Source: Kipferlia bialata
Lineage: Eukaryota
DNA: 34,096 nucleotides
Direction: 5' to 3'
Assembly (NCBI GenBank): GCA_003568945.1
Contig: BDIP01000071.1
Coordinates: forward strand, 1 to 34,096
The notes beneath the pieces are model-generated. The model saw only the letters and a list, made by a program, of their open reading frames with translations. It did not search any database and was not told the DNA's origin. Below, piece after piece: positions 13,801 through 25,051 of the stretch. The position numbers were made by a program, and so were the translations under genes. Each line of letters opens with the position of its first letter. Positions within the stretch are counted from its first letter, which is position 1.

Positions 13801-16800
13801 CAGCTGTGCTGTCTGGCTGATAAGGTCCATATCCCGACAGCCGATCCGCAATATCAGCACTACGTGTGGACCCAGCATATCCAATCTGAGTGGTAGAGTA
13901 GGCATACACCCCTCCAGCAGAACCCAGCTCAGTATCTCCGATGAACATCCCGTATTCACCAAGCCCTAGAGAAGACGCACCATCTCTTACGAGGGTGTGG
14001 ATATGCTCCCAAGTGCTGTCACTGTACTCATACACAACCACATTGGCGGCTGTAGCGACAGCCATCACACTTCCGTAAAGAGCAATACTGGTGGGACTGA
14101 CACTAGAGAGCTCAGCCTCAAGGACCCATACTCCATCTTGAAAGGAGTATACATGGGTAGAGGTGGCTGCCGTGTCAGACCCAAACACCAGTCTCCCAGT
14201 CCCGCTATACCCATCCAGAGAAAGACATGTAAGTGCCCCAAATGAGTGTGACACGATCACAGGCACAGTGTTCCACCACTCGGTCTGTGACATATCATAC
14301 ACCATGACATCGTCTGACCCTGTCACAGCAAAGAGGTCCCCACTTGCAGACAGCCTACTGTTGGGTGTGAAGGGGCTAGCGATGCTGAGGGGAGGGAACA
14401 CCACTCTGGCACCGGTCCAGGCACCTGCCAGGTTGTATGCATAGAGAGGTACATCATCCACTCCTGTCTGTCCACTCAAGACGAGAAGAGTACCATTGTC
14501 ACAGAGGGCGATATGCGATCCAAACATCCTATCAGCTACGACGACACTCTCCTCAATCATCTCGGTAAACACCCAGTCTGTGCCATCGAAGGAGTATGTG
14601 AACACTGAACCTGCAAGACTACCGGAGTCGGAGTATTCTGGGGCTCCCACAGCAAGTCTGATGTCAGATAGGATTCACTATTGTAGATGGGCATACGAAA
14701 CGTTAGCATACCTAGTTCCAGCAACAGCAACAGAATGGCCAAAGAGGCCTGCTGACACAGAAGGGAGGACCGACTGGAAGAACCCCCAAGACAGGTCATC
14801 TTGTCGTCTATATATGTAAACCTGGTATTAGTTGCTTTAGATACTATACTACAAGTATGAAACAATGTGGTATATACGGGGTATGGTGTATATTCAAATG
14901 AGGAAACGTACATGACATCCGGTATTGAGTCCCGGGAGGCCCACCACCATCCACTCCCCAGATACAGAGACAGAGGCACCAGCCAGAGCATCGGCCGTAC
15001 TGCTAGGCAGCAGGACAGAGGGAACAGCAGACACTTCGGACAACAGAGTGACGGCACCATACACTGGGAGAGACACGAGGAAGGCGCGAATGCCACCCGT
15101 ACTTGTGCCCATACCCGATCCGCCAACAAATATCCCATGCTGAGAAAGGGACAGAGAAGTGCACGAGCCGTTAGTGCTTGGTTCCTTCAGTGAGATAGAA
15201 CGCACGAGACATAATACATAACAAAATGAATGGTATATGTCATGTTCACAAATATACCTGTACATCAAGGAGGGTCCAGCCTGACTCCTGGGAGTGTGTG
15301 TATATGTCTATCCTGCTAGACGACCCTAGTACTAGAGTAGAGCCGTACAGTGCCACTCGTTCCGATGGCCCTGTCGGCGTTATAGTGGACTCTGCCATCC
15401 AGCCGGTGCTATCTAGGTATATCACATACACGTCCCCTCCCTCCACCCCATAGACTACACGGCCAGTGCCAGACAACATGTCAACGGCGGCATACGGCGC
15501 CTTGTCACCGCCAGCGGATGTGGAGAGGCCGTGAGCATTGCTACTAGATGGTGTCAGGTGCCAATCAGTAGCATCTTGGGGTGAACTCATATGGGCAAAT
15601 ATGAACACCTACAACTGCGAAAATATATCCTCTGACCATACCTAAGTGGTACATAAACATGATGTCAGGCGCAAACACAAACGCCCAGCTCTCGCTGACT
15701 GCCACCTGATATGAATACCGTGTGTTCAAAGATACATTCTAAAACATAAAGCATACCTTTGCATCTGCCACACTGGTTTGTAGTAGGGCTGGGGTGTCCC
15801 ATACTCCATCTGTGTCAACTGTGGAGAAGTAGACATCCCCGGTCAAGGATGTAATGAAGACGTATCCCAGATCAGCCTAAAGTGAGCACACCATTTCTTT
15901 AGAGAACCATCAACAAAGGTGTGTCAAGTGCACTCTATCATGGAGCAGAAGACAGTATCTCTGAGGTATCATAGTCACTAAGACTTAACACAGAAGCACA
16001 CATACCTGTACTGCCACGTCATGTCCGAATTCCATTCCAGCTGTGGAGGTAGGGGGCAGTAGTTTACCGTCCTCAACCCACTCTGTTCCCTCTAACCTGC
16101 AATGGGTATACAGAGGTATGTAAGGGAAACTGTTGAAAGGATAGAAGATGAGTACCTATACATGTACACAGCCCCCACAGAGGAGAGCCCCCCTACGTGT
16201 TCAAGGGTGGTTCCAACAGCCAGAAGGTCCTTGTGCACATGCACAGCAATACCAAAGCGAAGGTCTGTAGTGCCAGACGGGAGAGCAGACGCAGGAGGGG
16301 AGATTGACTGGTAGAGGGATAGCACCCAGGACTCAGACACTGTGTCGTATACAGAGCGGTAAACATACACCATTCCGTTGTTGGATCCCACCCCATACGA
16401 CCCTACTACCACCCAGTCCCCATAAGAAGAGGAAGCATGTGCACTGTAGGTGTTGGCACCTGCATTAGCCTGGTAGAATGAAAAATATAGGACACATATA
16501 CAGAGAGTGTATGTAAAGCATCCACATCTGCTTGTCACTGACAGTGATTACGTGTTTGATTACAAACCTTGCACTGGCTGGTACAGAGTAGACCCCTTCC
16601 TTATCTCGCTGAGAAGGTTGACAGGACCTGAGAATGAGTACATAGCTAAGAACTGTTGCGAGGACCCTACAAGAGCCTCACCTGAGTAGGGAAGATCCGC
16701 GTTGACCACATACACACCACCATAGTTGGAGCTGGCACCACCAACGTACCGTGATGCTAAGGTGAGACCATAACTGTTGATAGGAAATAGTTGTGACAAG

Positions 16801-18293
16801 TGGGAAGATATAAGGCCAGAAATTCTTAAGACCTTAGAGTCTTCACATACCCATAAAGATACCGCTCTCAGAGACTGCCATAGAGGCCATGTCTCCGTTT
16901 TGGTTGACACTGATAGTCCCAACCTGTCGTTAGTGAGTACAATACACTTCAGAGAGAACTCATGTGCATGGTGGTGATATAAAAATGATCTCTTAAATAA
17001 TAGAGGCTTATCGGTAACTATGACGCTGCAGACGGGCTGAGAGCAGTGACTCAATGCACTCACCACACTTGAGGTAGCATCTGCCAGAGAGTACACCGAC
17101 ACCCAGTCGTTCTCCCCAATGGCAAGGATGCTCCCGTAGAGCCCGGCCTGTAATCAGATAGAGAGAGAGTCTGATCTAAACAAAGTATACTTGGGCCTCC
17201 TACCCACTCACCTGGCGCCCATTTGCGTTCACGATGTAGTAGTCGAAGACCCAACCACTGTCAGTCAGTGAGTACACGTTGAGACCGTCATTGACGGCCT
17301 CTCTTGTCCCAAGCACAACACGCCCTATGGGTTAGGGACGGGCACACCTTCTAACAGTCGTGACAGTCATTACGAGTGACACTCAACGATAATCAAAAGT
17401 GTCACTGTAGGTGTCTGACCATAAGAACTCCCATCACATACCTATGTCCCCACTATACATGTCCAGAGCACAGTAACTGTCAGTGGTGCCAAATGCGTGG
17501 TTGATACTCCTGGGGTGAATATACAAGCTTTTATATTAATTATACAAGGTCTAGTGTGCATATAACCTATATGTACTGTATGTGTATATGACATCAGGAG
17601 ACCCTCTGGATGATGACATCCGGCAGAAGAAGAAGAGTAGAGTGCATATCAGAGGTACGTACGCGACAGGGGCTGTGGTCTGAACGGGCTGGACATCCAA
17701 CTCATACAGATAGAGGTTGTCTGTGCACATTGTGGCCACCCAGACTGTCCCACCTGCACTGGTGCTGATCGAGGTACCAGCACCATTCCACTGTGCCCCA
17801 GCAGGGGCGTCTATAGAGACGGGGGCTCCCCAGGTGGACCTATGTAAGAGTACTATATAGGGACCGTACCTGTTATGTTGTGTTATGTAGTGTGAGCACA
17901 TGGGACAAACACTTGGGGTAGATATCTCAACACATACCCAGAGTAGAGGGATATCCACATCCCAATCACGCCACTATAGTCGTCCCTACAGACAATGCCG
18001 GTCTCTGTGAGGGAGATCGTCTTGCCGAAGTACTGAGAGGCCGTAGTCGTGGAGGGCTTGACAAGGCTGTGGAACCCCCAGTCTGGTATGAATGGGTGGT
18101 GTATGGATATGATGTATGGATATGACACAGGTGATACTCATACTGCGACTAACGATGTATATCTACTAGGAGGAGTTAGGAACAGTCGGACATCCACTCT
18201 CTCACCTGTCCCAACCAGACTATACATGGCCACTACACCGGAGTATGACTTCCCAGACACGGAGCAGTAGGGACAACCAATGGCTAGCCATCC
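4810..18293 (-). CDS. Giant multi-exon FG-GAP/integrin-alpha-like beta-propeller repeat protein with Ig-like segments; 5' end uncertain
   Basis: Recurrent FG-x-SV-x-SG-x-x-L-A-VGA-P...GAVY motifs across ORFs 8619-9926, 10411-12639, 12287-13231, 13322-14650 and others. Frame changes checked are explained by short GT-AG introns (e.g. HETQ|DQTHSSGAVF near 12410-12331). About nine propeller-like modules; beta-rich 'APxTxGxYT' Ig-like segments near 9070-8780, 7450-7130 and 5400-4870. Confidence 0.85.
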
Positions 18294-18372
18294 CTGCACA
18301 TCAGAGAGTGCAAGAGGGTACACGTATTAAGAACAGGTAGGTGAATATAGAGAGGGATAACAAGTGCACAGC

Positions 18373-18418
18373 GGGGGGGGGGGGGGGGGGGAAGGAGGGG
18401 GGGGGGAGAGGGGGGGGG
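18373..18418. repeat. G-rich homopolymer tract inside the intron joining two dissimilar coding regions
   Basis: G19 followed by further G runs. Confidence 0.9.
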
Positions 18419-18549
18419 TATTGGAAGAGAGACGGGGGGGATGGAAGGGGAATAGTAGAGAGGGGGAGGGGGGGTAGAGGGTACCTCGACGGTGCTGACA
18501 AAATGAGAGAGAGAGAGAGAGAGAGAGAAAGGGGAGAGAGAGGGGGTAC

Positions 18550-19225
18550 CTCGAGGGTGTTGACGCAGTGCTTGAGCTCGGAGGGGGTGGGCTCAATTTC
18601 GGCCAGGTCCTCCTCGATGTTCTGGGGGAGGGACATGTGCATCTGGGAGAGGGCCTGGAGGGCGGAGAAGGTGAAGGACACCTTGTCCTGGGGTGAGTGG
18701 GAGATTCATACATACATACATACATACGTTAACCCACACTGATTACCATATTGAACAACCCAGTTAATACCTCCAGACTCTCGCTGGCAAGCTCCTCAAC
18801 GTCGTCCAGCTGCTGCAGGGTCACAAACTCAGTGAAGGTGGCGAGTCCCTGGGCAACGGGCACGGAGGCGTTGAGGAAGTGGGCGAGGGCAGAGGTGACA
18901 TCGGAGTCAAACAGGGTGGAGCAGTCGCTCTCCTTGTTGTTGAAGTCAACGTCAGACTCGATGTTCTGCTGGCTGCAGAACTCCCTGAAGAAGGCCAGGA
19001 CGAACCTTGACTCCTTCAAGAACTGGTTGCCGGTCTCAGAGAGCACGAGCACATTCCTAGAGTGAGGTAAAACTAGTCCTTTCATAAGTGAACAGCTAAC
19101 CCGAGTAAAAACTGCTTCCAGCATCCCCAAAGCTCTAGCATGTTTACTGTATCGACGTACTTGGTGAGCGCTGCCTGACTCATTGTGATGTGGCACGAAA
19201 AGTCAACATCTCTGGTGTATGACAT
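18550..19225 (-). CDS. 5' exons of an unidentified alpha-helical protein
   Basis: Exons 19225(or 19183)-19161, 19056-18771, 18687-18550 splice in frame: MSQAALTK|NVLVLSETGNQFLKESRFVLAFFREFC...LASESLE|DKVSFTFSALQALSQMH...CVNTLE. Strong GC3 codon bias. Confidence 0.7.
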
Positions 19226-20131
19226 TCTCCTTGCTTTGACGATGAACTGAGTACATTATTACTGCCTACACCCTTATGTTTCCGACGGTGGTCGCCGCGT
19301 GGCGGACATTTTGTTGACACTTTCTCAAGTGGCAAGGATATATGAAGCAACCCACTCAATATTAAGCATACACAATGATGTCAAGTAAAAGCTGCTGTTC
19401 CACAGGATCATCTGTATATATCTCCTGTTTCCATATCTTTAAAGGTTGGATAAAATGTAAAGTAAGTATAAACTGAGGTTGTCGAGACTGTACCCTGATG
19501 GCATATCTTGTATATGTTTTCGCTGCTAGATACTATGGAAATAAATAGAATGGGGTACGTCAAAGCGAGTGGGCAGGATGGGGGAGGTGGGGGGGGAGGA
19601 TATTCCTACCTCTAAATACCACTGGTCTCAATCCAGCGCTGGACCAGGTGTGACGATCAGTGTCGAGCGTCAACGAAGTTGGCACTCAGCATAGATATCG
19701 AAGGAGACTGACGGTATATCACTACCCTCACCCTTCCAACCATCAATGAAGAGCACGTATGTGGAATATCCAGACGGATGACGACATCAGATGAACTGTA
19801 CTGGACCAGAACGGTATTAATACAGTACTAGTCACATGTTCAGTACACTCCCCGCTGAATCTTACGCCTACACACTCTGGAAGGCTCTCTGGTAGTGTAT
19901 AGTGTTACTGTCATTGGGAAATAAAGAGGACAACACACATGGGACACCTTAACAGGTATAGTATAGTAGGGCACCTATATCGTACACACAGTTTCCTTCT
20001 TCCCTGGTATCCAATGCACCCGGTTCATGGCAGCTTAACGGTGGCACTATAGGTACCCACTACTCAATGAAAAAATTATCTACTCAACGTGTCATGCGTC
20101 GCTGCTCTGTGAGAAGGTAGTTCTGAAGTGC

Positions 20132-20143
20132 CGTAGTTTTTGA
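20132..20143 (+). promoter_or_regulatory. Candidate upstream motif CGTAGTTTTTGA
   Basis: About 70 bp upstream of the VPS35 ATG. The identical 12-mer is on the minus strand at 25240-25251, upstream of the LRMDA-like gene. Confidence 0.3.
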
Positions 20144-20210
20144 TTCTGAAAGCTTAGGCTAGGGGTGTAGGCGTCGCACTCTGGGATGACTGCCTCCCTT
20201 CACCGTCAGC

Positions 20211-20929
20211 ATGCTAGCCACTCAGCAGTCGGACATCACCAACCAGGACGATCAGGTAGATGTGGCTGTCAGGAGTGGGGGTGAATAGTAGCAGTTGGGG
20301 ATCTCTATCCAGTACAAGAACCCGTATAGTATTATCAGTGTTCACTATGCGATTGTCTATACTCCACCACATGCGTTGTCAGGGGAGAATACTAAGTTGT
20401 GAATATTGAGATGTGGTATACTGGTGTTTATAGTGGTGTTATTGTACTGTTGGTCCTGCTGTGTTGTTATCTGCATTCGGTACCGGTACCGATGTCGTAA
20501 TCGTGCTTCCTCATATCCTATTGAGGATCAGACTTTCATATGTATCAGTACTACAGCATGATATAGGTCTCTCTAACGACCTGGTGGACTGGTGGTTGAT
20601 ACCCCTCACTTGATCTATACGAGTCTCCCACCAGTCAGTGTATGCAAGACACTAGCCGACTCCCACCCCTCACCCCCCAGGACTCCTGGCTGGAGGACTG
20701 CCTGCGTGCCGTGGATGCCGCCAACCACCACCTGGAGCAGTGTGCCGCACAGTCTGACTTCAAGGTATCAGGATCAGTATCGAATACTGATACTACTGCT
20801 AGTACTGGTACCACTCATACTCATACTGACACTCACTTCAAGGGCGTCATCACCCATGCCTGTGTGCTGCTGACCCAGCTCAGGACCAACCTGCTGCAGC
20901 CCAGGACATACGCATCCCTCTTTGCCAGG
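20211..20929 (+). CDS. VPS35: Retromer subunit VPS35, first three exons only
   Basis: Exons 20211-20255, 20681-20764, 20843-20929: MLATQQSDITNQDDQ|DSWLEDCLRAVDAANHHLEQCAAQSDFK|GVITHACVLLTQLRTNLLQPRTYASLFAR. Aligns with the VPS35 N-terminus (Q..LL.EA...V.....M..C.......ALKHAS.ML.ELRTS.LSPK.YYELY). Confidence 0.88.
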
Positions 20930-20982
20930 GTAGGGAGACATGTGTATACGATGCTAATACACACACATATGTATATATAGAT

Positions 20983-21020
20983 GGGGGGGGGGGGGGGGGG
21001 GGCCGGGGGGGCCCCCCCCC
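20983..21020. repeat. G20 plus G7/C9 tract where VPS35 breaks off
   Basis: Direct reading. No VPS35-like exons follow. Confidence 0.9.
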
Positions 21021-21158
21021 TTACTAAGCCGCAACTCGGAATATAAACACCCACTCTATATATGGCACTCAACTCACTCTATTCAATCAAGTTTCCCCGG
21101 AAGACAGAGCTAGCATTAACTACTATACTGCCCAAACAACGAAGTAGAAGATACTTAC

Positions 21159-21274
21159 AACGTGGGAATTCTCGCTAATGTCATATACAAATATAGGGTA
21201 TAGTGTGTGGAAATAGATAGTAATAGTACCTCCCCTTGCACCTCAGGCGCATCCATCACAACATGACGTGGCAT
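21159..21274 (-). CDS. Possible 5' exons of another gene (MPRHVVMDAPEVQGE|REFPR...) heading into the G/C tract
   Basis: ATG at 21274 after a GA repeat, as upstream of GCN5. Donor GTACT at 21229; mini-exon 21174-21159 with a GTAAGT donor. No recognisable homology. Confidence 0.35.
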
Positions 21275-21451
21275 AGCTCTCTCGCACTATCTCTCTCTCT
21301 CTCTCTCCCTTTAGCTATGTACCCCTAGCACAGGAGGTGAGAGAGCAGCACAGTCTCAAACGCAAACTTGCAATCAGTGCTCATTTATCTACACCCCCAA
21401 TCAAAAATCGCAAAAACACAAAAGGGTCTGGTCTATTCTTACAGACAAATA

Positions 21452-23678
21452 TTAAAGGTCATCGTTACTAACCATCTCCCTCTCCCTCTCTCCCTCCCCA
21501 TCACCAAAGAGTACACTCTGGTCAAAGGGCCATAGGGAGTATGTGAGGCGGCGATCCTTCCCGGTTTCATCGGCCTCTCTCTCTCTCTCCTGTGCATGTG
21601 AGGGTATAGCTGCACCCTTCTTAGGTGTTGTGTCCCTCCCTGACCCCTCTTGACTGGTAGTCTCCCATAGTCCAGTGTTGACGGCCCCTGTCAGGCCGAT
21701 GTCCTCAACCTCCTGGGGGGTGAGACAATATAGTAAATATATTTTATTGTATATATATGTAAGTGTGAATACTGCGTGAGTATTATCAATACTCATCCGT
21801 TCATGCGCTATGGTACAACTTCTCACCTGCATCTGTGTGCATACATTGACAATGGAGGGTCTAAAGTGCTCAGCCTCGCCAGATATACTGGGTGTGAGAC
21901 AAACACATATACGTACTTGAATACGAGAATTCCATTTATGGATATGTGCAAACATAAGTTGTACCTAAATAGCTGTCCGTCCACACACACATATATATAC
22001 GCATTCAAACTACACACACACACATATATATATATCTAACTGAGTAGCTGTCCGTCCAGTCCACATACCCTTATTAACTACATACATCCTTTGTATACAT
22101 ACCTAAACATCTGTCCGTCCAGCCTACTCAGGTAGTAGTAGTGTCTGTAGCTATATATATATACATATACATTATATCTACATAACATACTATGTATATA
22201 TATACTCTATATACCATATCTACCTAAACAGCTGTCCGTCCAGTCTACTCAGGTGTTTACTCCGTCGCCGTTCTGTGCTCTCAACCACAGCATAGTCTGA
22301 GGGTCAGGAGAGAGAGGTAACAAATATATAAGGAATAATATAGTATATATATATACAATAGATATCTCAACCACAGCATAGTCTGAGGGTCAGAAGGTAG
22401 AGATCACAAATCTATTTAGAATAATACAGTATATATATAAATCAGTATACAATAGACATCTCAACCACAGCATAGTCTGAGGGTCAGAAGAGGCACATAA
22501 CTATATAGTCAAACACACCATCCACCAATATTAAACATTGCACATATGTATGTATATATATTAGTATCTACTATATATATACTTATGTATATATATTAGT
22601 ATCTACTGATGTACATACATCCATACCTATACTCCTCAGTGTTGGTATCTCTGACACTGCATGCACCCTCATCAGTCTGCTCAATACATATGTATATACA
22701 TACACATATGTATATAGATATATATATATATATATAGGTATACATATATATTCATATATACATATATGAGTGTTGATAACATATATATGTCATATACCTA
22801 TACTTCTAAGAGTGGGTATCTCTGACACTGCATGCACCCTCATCAGTCTGCTCAGTCTCTGCTGGGTGAAGGTGTCGGGATAGCCTGATGGTTAATAGAT
22901 CACTATATACACATATACATGGATATACTAGTATATGCATATGGGAATAGTATGCTCAGTCTCTGCTGGGTGAAGGTGTCGGGGTAGCCTGATGGTTAAG
23001 CATATATAATGATATATATATATATATATATACTCATATATGTCGATATACTAGTCCATGCATATAAGAATAATATGCTAAGTTTCTGCTGGGTGAAGAT
23101 GTCTGGGTAGCCTGAGGTCAAGAGAATACACCATAGTCAGGTCCTTGACTACACATGTATACACTTGGATAGTACATATATATATGCCCCTACCTGGGTT
23201 ACCAAGAGCACAATACTAACAATTATATCCATGGAAATGCTAGGGTGGATATGTATGTCCCTACCTGGGTTACCAATAAGACACAGTGTCCTCAGAGACG
23301 GGAAGGACTCCCTGGGGGTAAGACATAGTGTAAATATGTGATAATACTGTATATATACATATATGCGACCAATAGAATGAAGTATAGTGGCCTCAGAGAC
23401 GGGAAGGACTCCTTGGTATGAGCTACAACTAAATATAGAAATATACTAAATTTAACAGAGAGGTGTAGACCCAAGGTAGAAACATGATGTATGTCTGATA
23501 TTCTGTTCTCGCTAACTGGTGCAAAATAGATTTCATAAGGATACTAGTAATTATACTATATGCATACCTATTCTTGTGCAGGAACTGTGCGATGTCTGAT
23601 ATCCTGTTCTGGTTGAGGGACAGATACTGCAGGGCAGGACAAGGAGGGAAGACGGTGTCTTCACTATATGTTAGAGGG

Positions 23679-23726
<48 letters not shown>

Positions 23727-23957
23727 CTGCAGGGAAGGGGCAGGGGGGGAACACCGTATCCTCACTATATGTGAGAGGGGAGAGAGAGAGATGTAGTGCA
23801 TGGGAAATCATTGTGTCTTCACCAGGTGTGAGACTCATACGCAGTGGAATAGAGAGAGCGAGAGAGACCGACCGATACTTAATTCTGTTATGGTGCAGTT
23901 CCAGCCTGTGCAGCATGGGATAATATCAGACACCTCACACACACTGGGTAGTTCAGT

Positions 23958-24000
<43 letters not shown>

Positions 24001-25051
24001 AATATATAGTATTATTATACAACAATACATAATCCTGTTGTGGTCCAGTTCCAGTGTGTGCAGCATTGTGAAGTAGAACGAGTATTCTATTACAATACAA
24101 ATATATACCCATATATATACCATACATATATACATATATATACCTAATTCTGTTATGGTCCAGTTCCAGTGTGTGCAGCATGGGGTAGAGGGACAGCGCA
24201 CTGACATCGCTGGGGGTTAGAGAGAGACATATCAAATATTGATCATGGTAAGATAGAACTAGCATCGCTAGGTTTAAGATGATAGAGATAGATACCTGAT
24301 GTAGTTCCTAGGCACCTGTATGACCCATTCAATAATACAATATCCAACTGTAGCATACATATATTGGTATATTATTCAATTGTCTAATGACTTAGTATTT
24401 AACATATATGCATATATACGTATTCATCTATATACCCATACCTGATGTGGTTCCTGGGCACCTGTATGACACAGATGGAGGGGTCAATGTCATCTGGGAT
24501 ACGGCTCAGGTTGGCCTGGGATGAGAAGAGAGAGTTAGATAGAGAGAGAGAGAGAGATGGAGACTATGAGGAAGAGAGAGAGAGAGAGAGAGAGTCATCT
24601 GGGATACGGGTCAGGTGACCTGGGGTGAGAGGGAGGAGACCAAATATAAGGGGGCATAGAGAGAGACAGAGAGAGGGAACTCAGGTTGATATGACATATG
24701 ATATATATGATGACAGGAGAGAGAGAATGACCCAGTCGAAAGTGAGAGAGACACAATGGAGTTAGCTACTACCATCAAGTACATAATCAAACCAGCATAA
24801 CGAGGGTGACTAATAGGGAGACAGAGGGAGAGAGTGTACAATGAGTCACAATGGAGGTTCCTCCTGGAGGACGGAGGGGGGGGGAGGGGGTATGGTAATC
24901 GAACACTAGTATCAAACCACTAATACAACCATCGTGAAAGTAGATACGGCATGGGACCCACCTCCATGGCACAGTACGGTGGTAGCATCTTGGCACTCTC
25001 TCTCTCTCTCTCTCTCTCCGGCGCACCATCCCTCTTCGCCCTCTCCGCCAT
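21452..25051 (-). CDS. LRMDA (C10orf11)-like short leucine-rich-repeat protein, about 10 exons; first exons uncertain
   Basis: Spliced: ...NLSRIPDDIDPSICVIQVPRNHI|SDVSALSLYPMLHTLELDHNRI|SEDTVFPPCPALQYLSLNQNRISDIAQFLHKN|..ESFPSLRTLCLIGNP|GYPDTF...RVHAVSEIPTLRSI|DYAVVESTERRRS... ending MVSNDDL*. LRR plus LRR-cap layout and an acidic 'xxDDL' C-terminus as in LRMDA. Confidence 0.75.
21962..24630 (-). repeat. Intronic partial copies ('echoes') of exon edges of the LRMDA-like gene
   Basis: Examples at ~21962, 22040, 22101, 22366, 22460, 22627-22683, 22955, 23078, 23191, 23391, 23491, 23721-23767, 23878, 24033, 24294 and 24594. Confidence 0.92.

Noticed and set aside
4810..18293. Apparent frameshifts and stops suggesting a pseudogene or a TAA/TAG-to-Gln code
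   Set aside because: The breaks examined are explained by short GT-AG introns, and spliced genes in the window end at TAA, TAG and TGA under the standard code.
19000..19183. Faint resemblance of LTKNVLVLSETGNQFL to NCKAP1/strumpellin N-termini
   Set aside because: Too few identities to support a name without a profile search.
22280..22490. Three copies of CTCAACCACAGCATAGTCTGAGGGTCAG with unique spacers, superficially CRISPR-like
   Set aside because: The repeat is the acceptor plus exon start of the LRMDA-like gene. The context is eukaryotic, there are no cas genes and spacer lengths vary.
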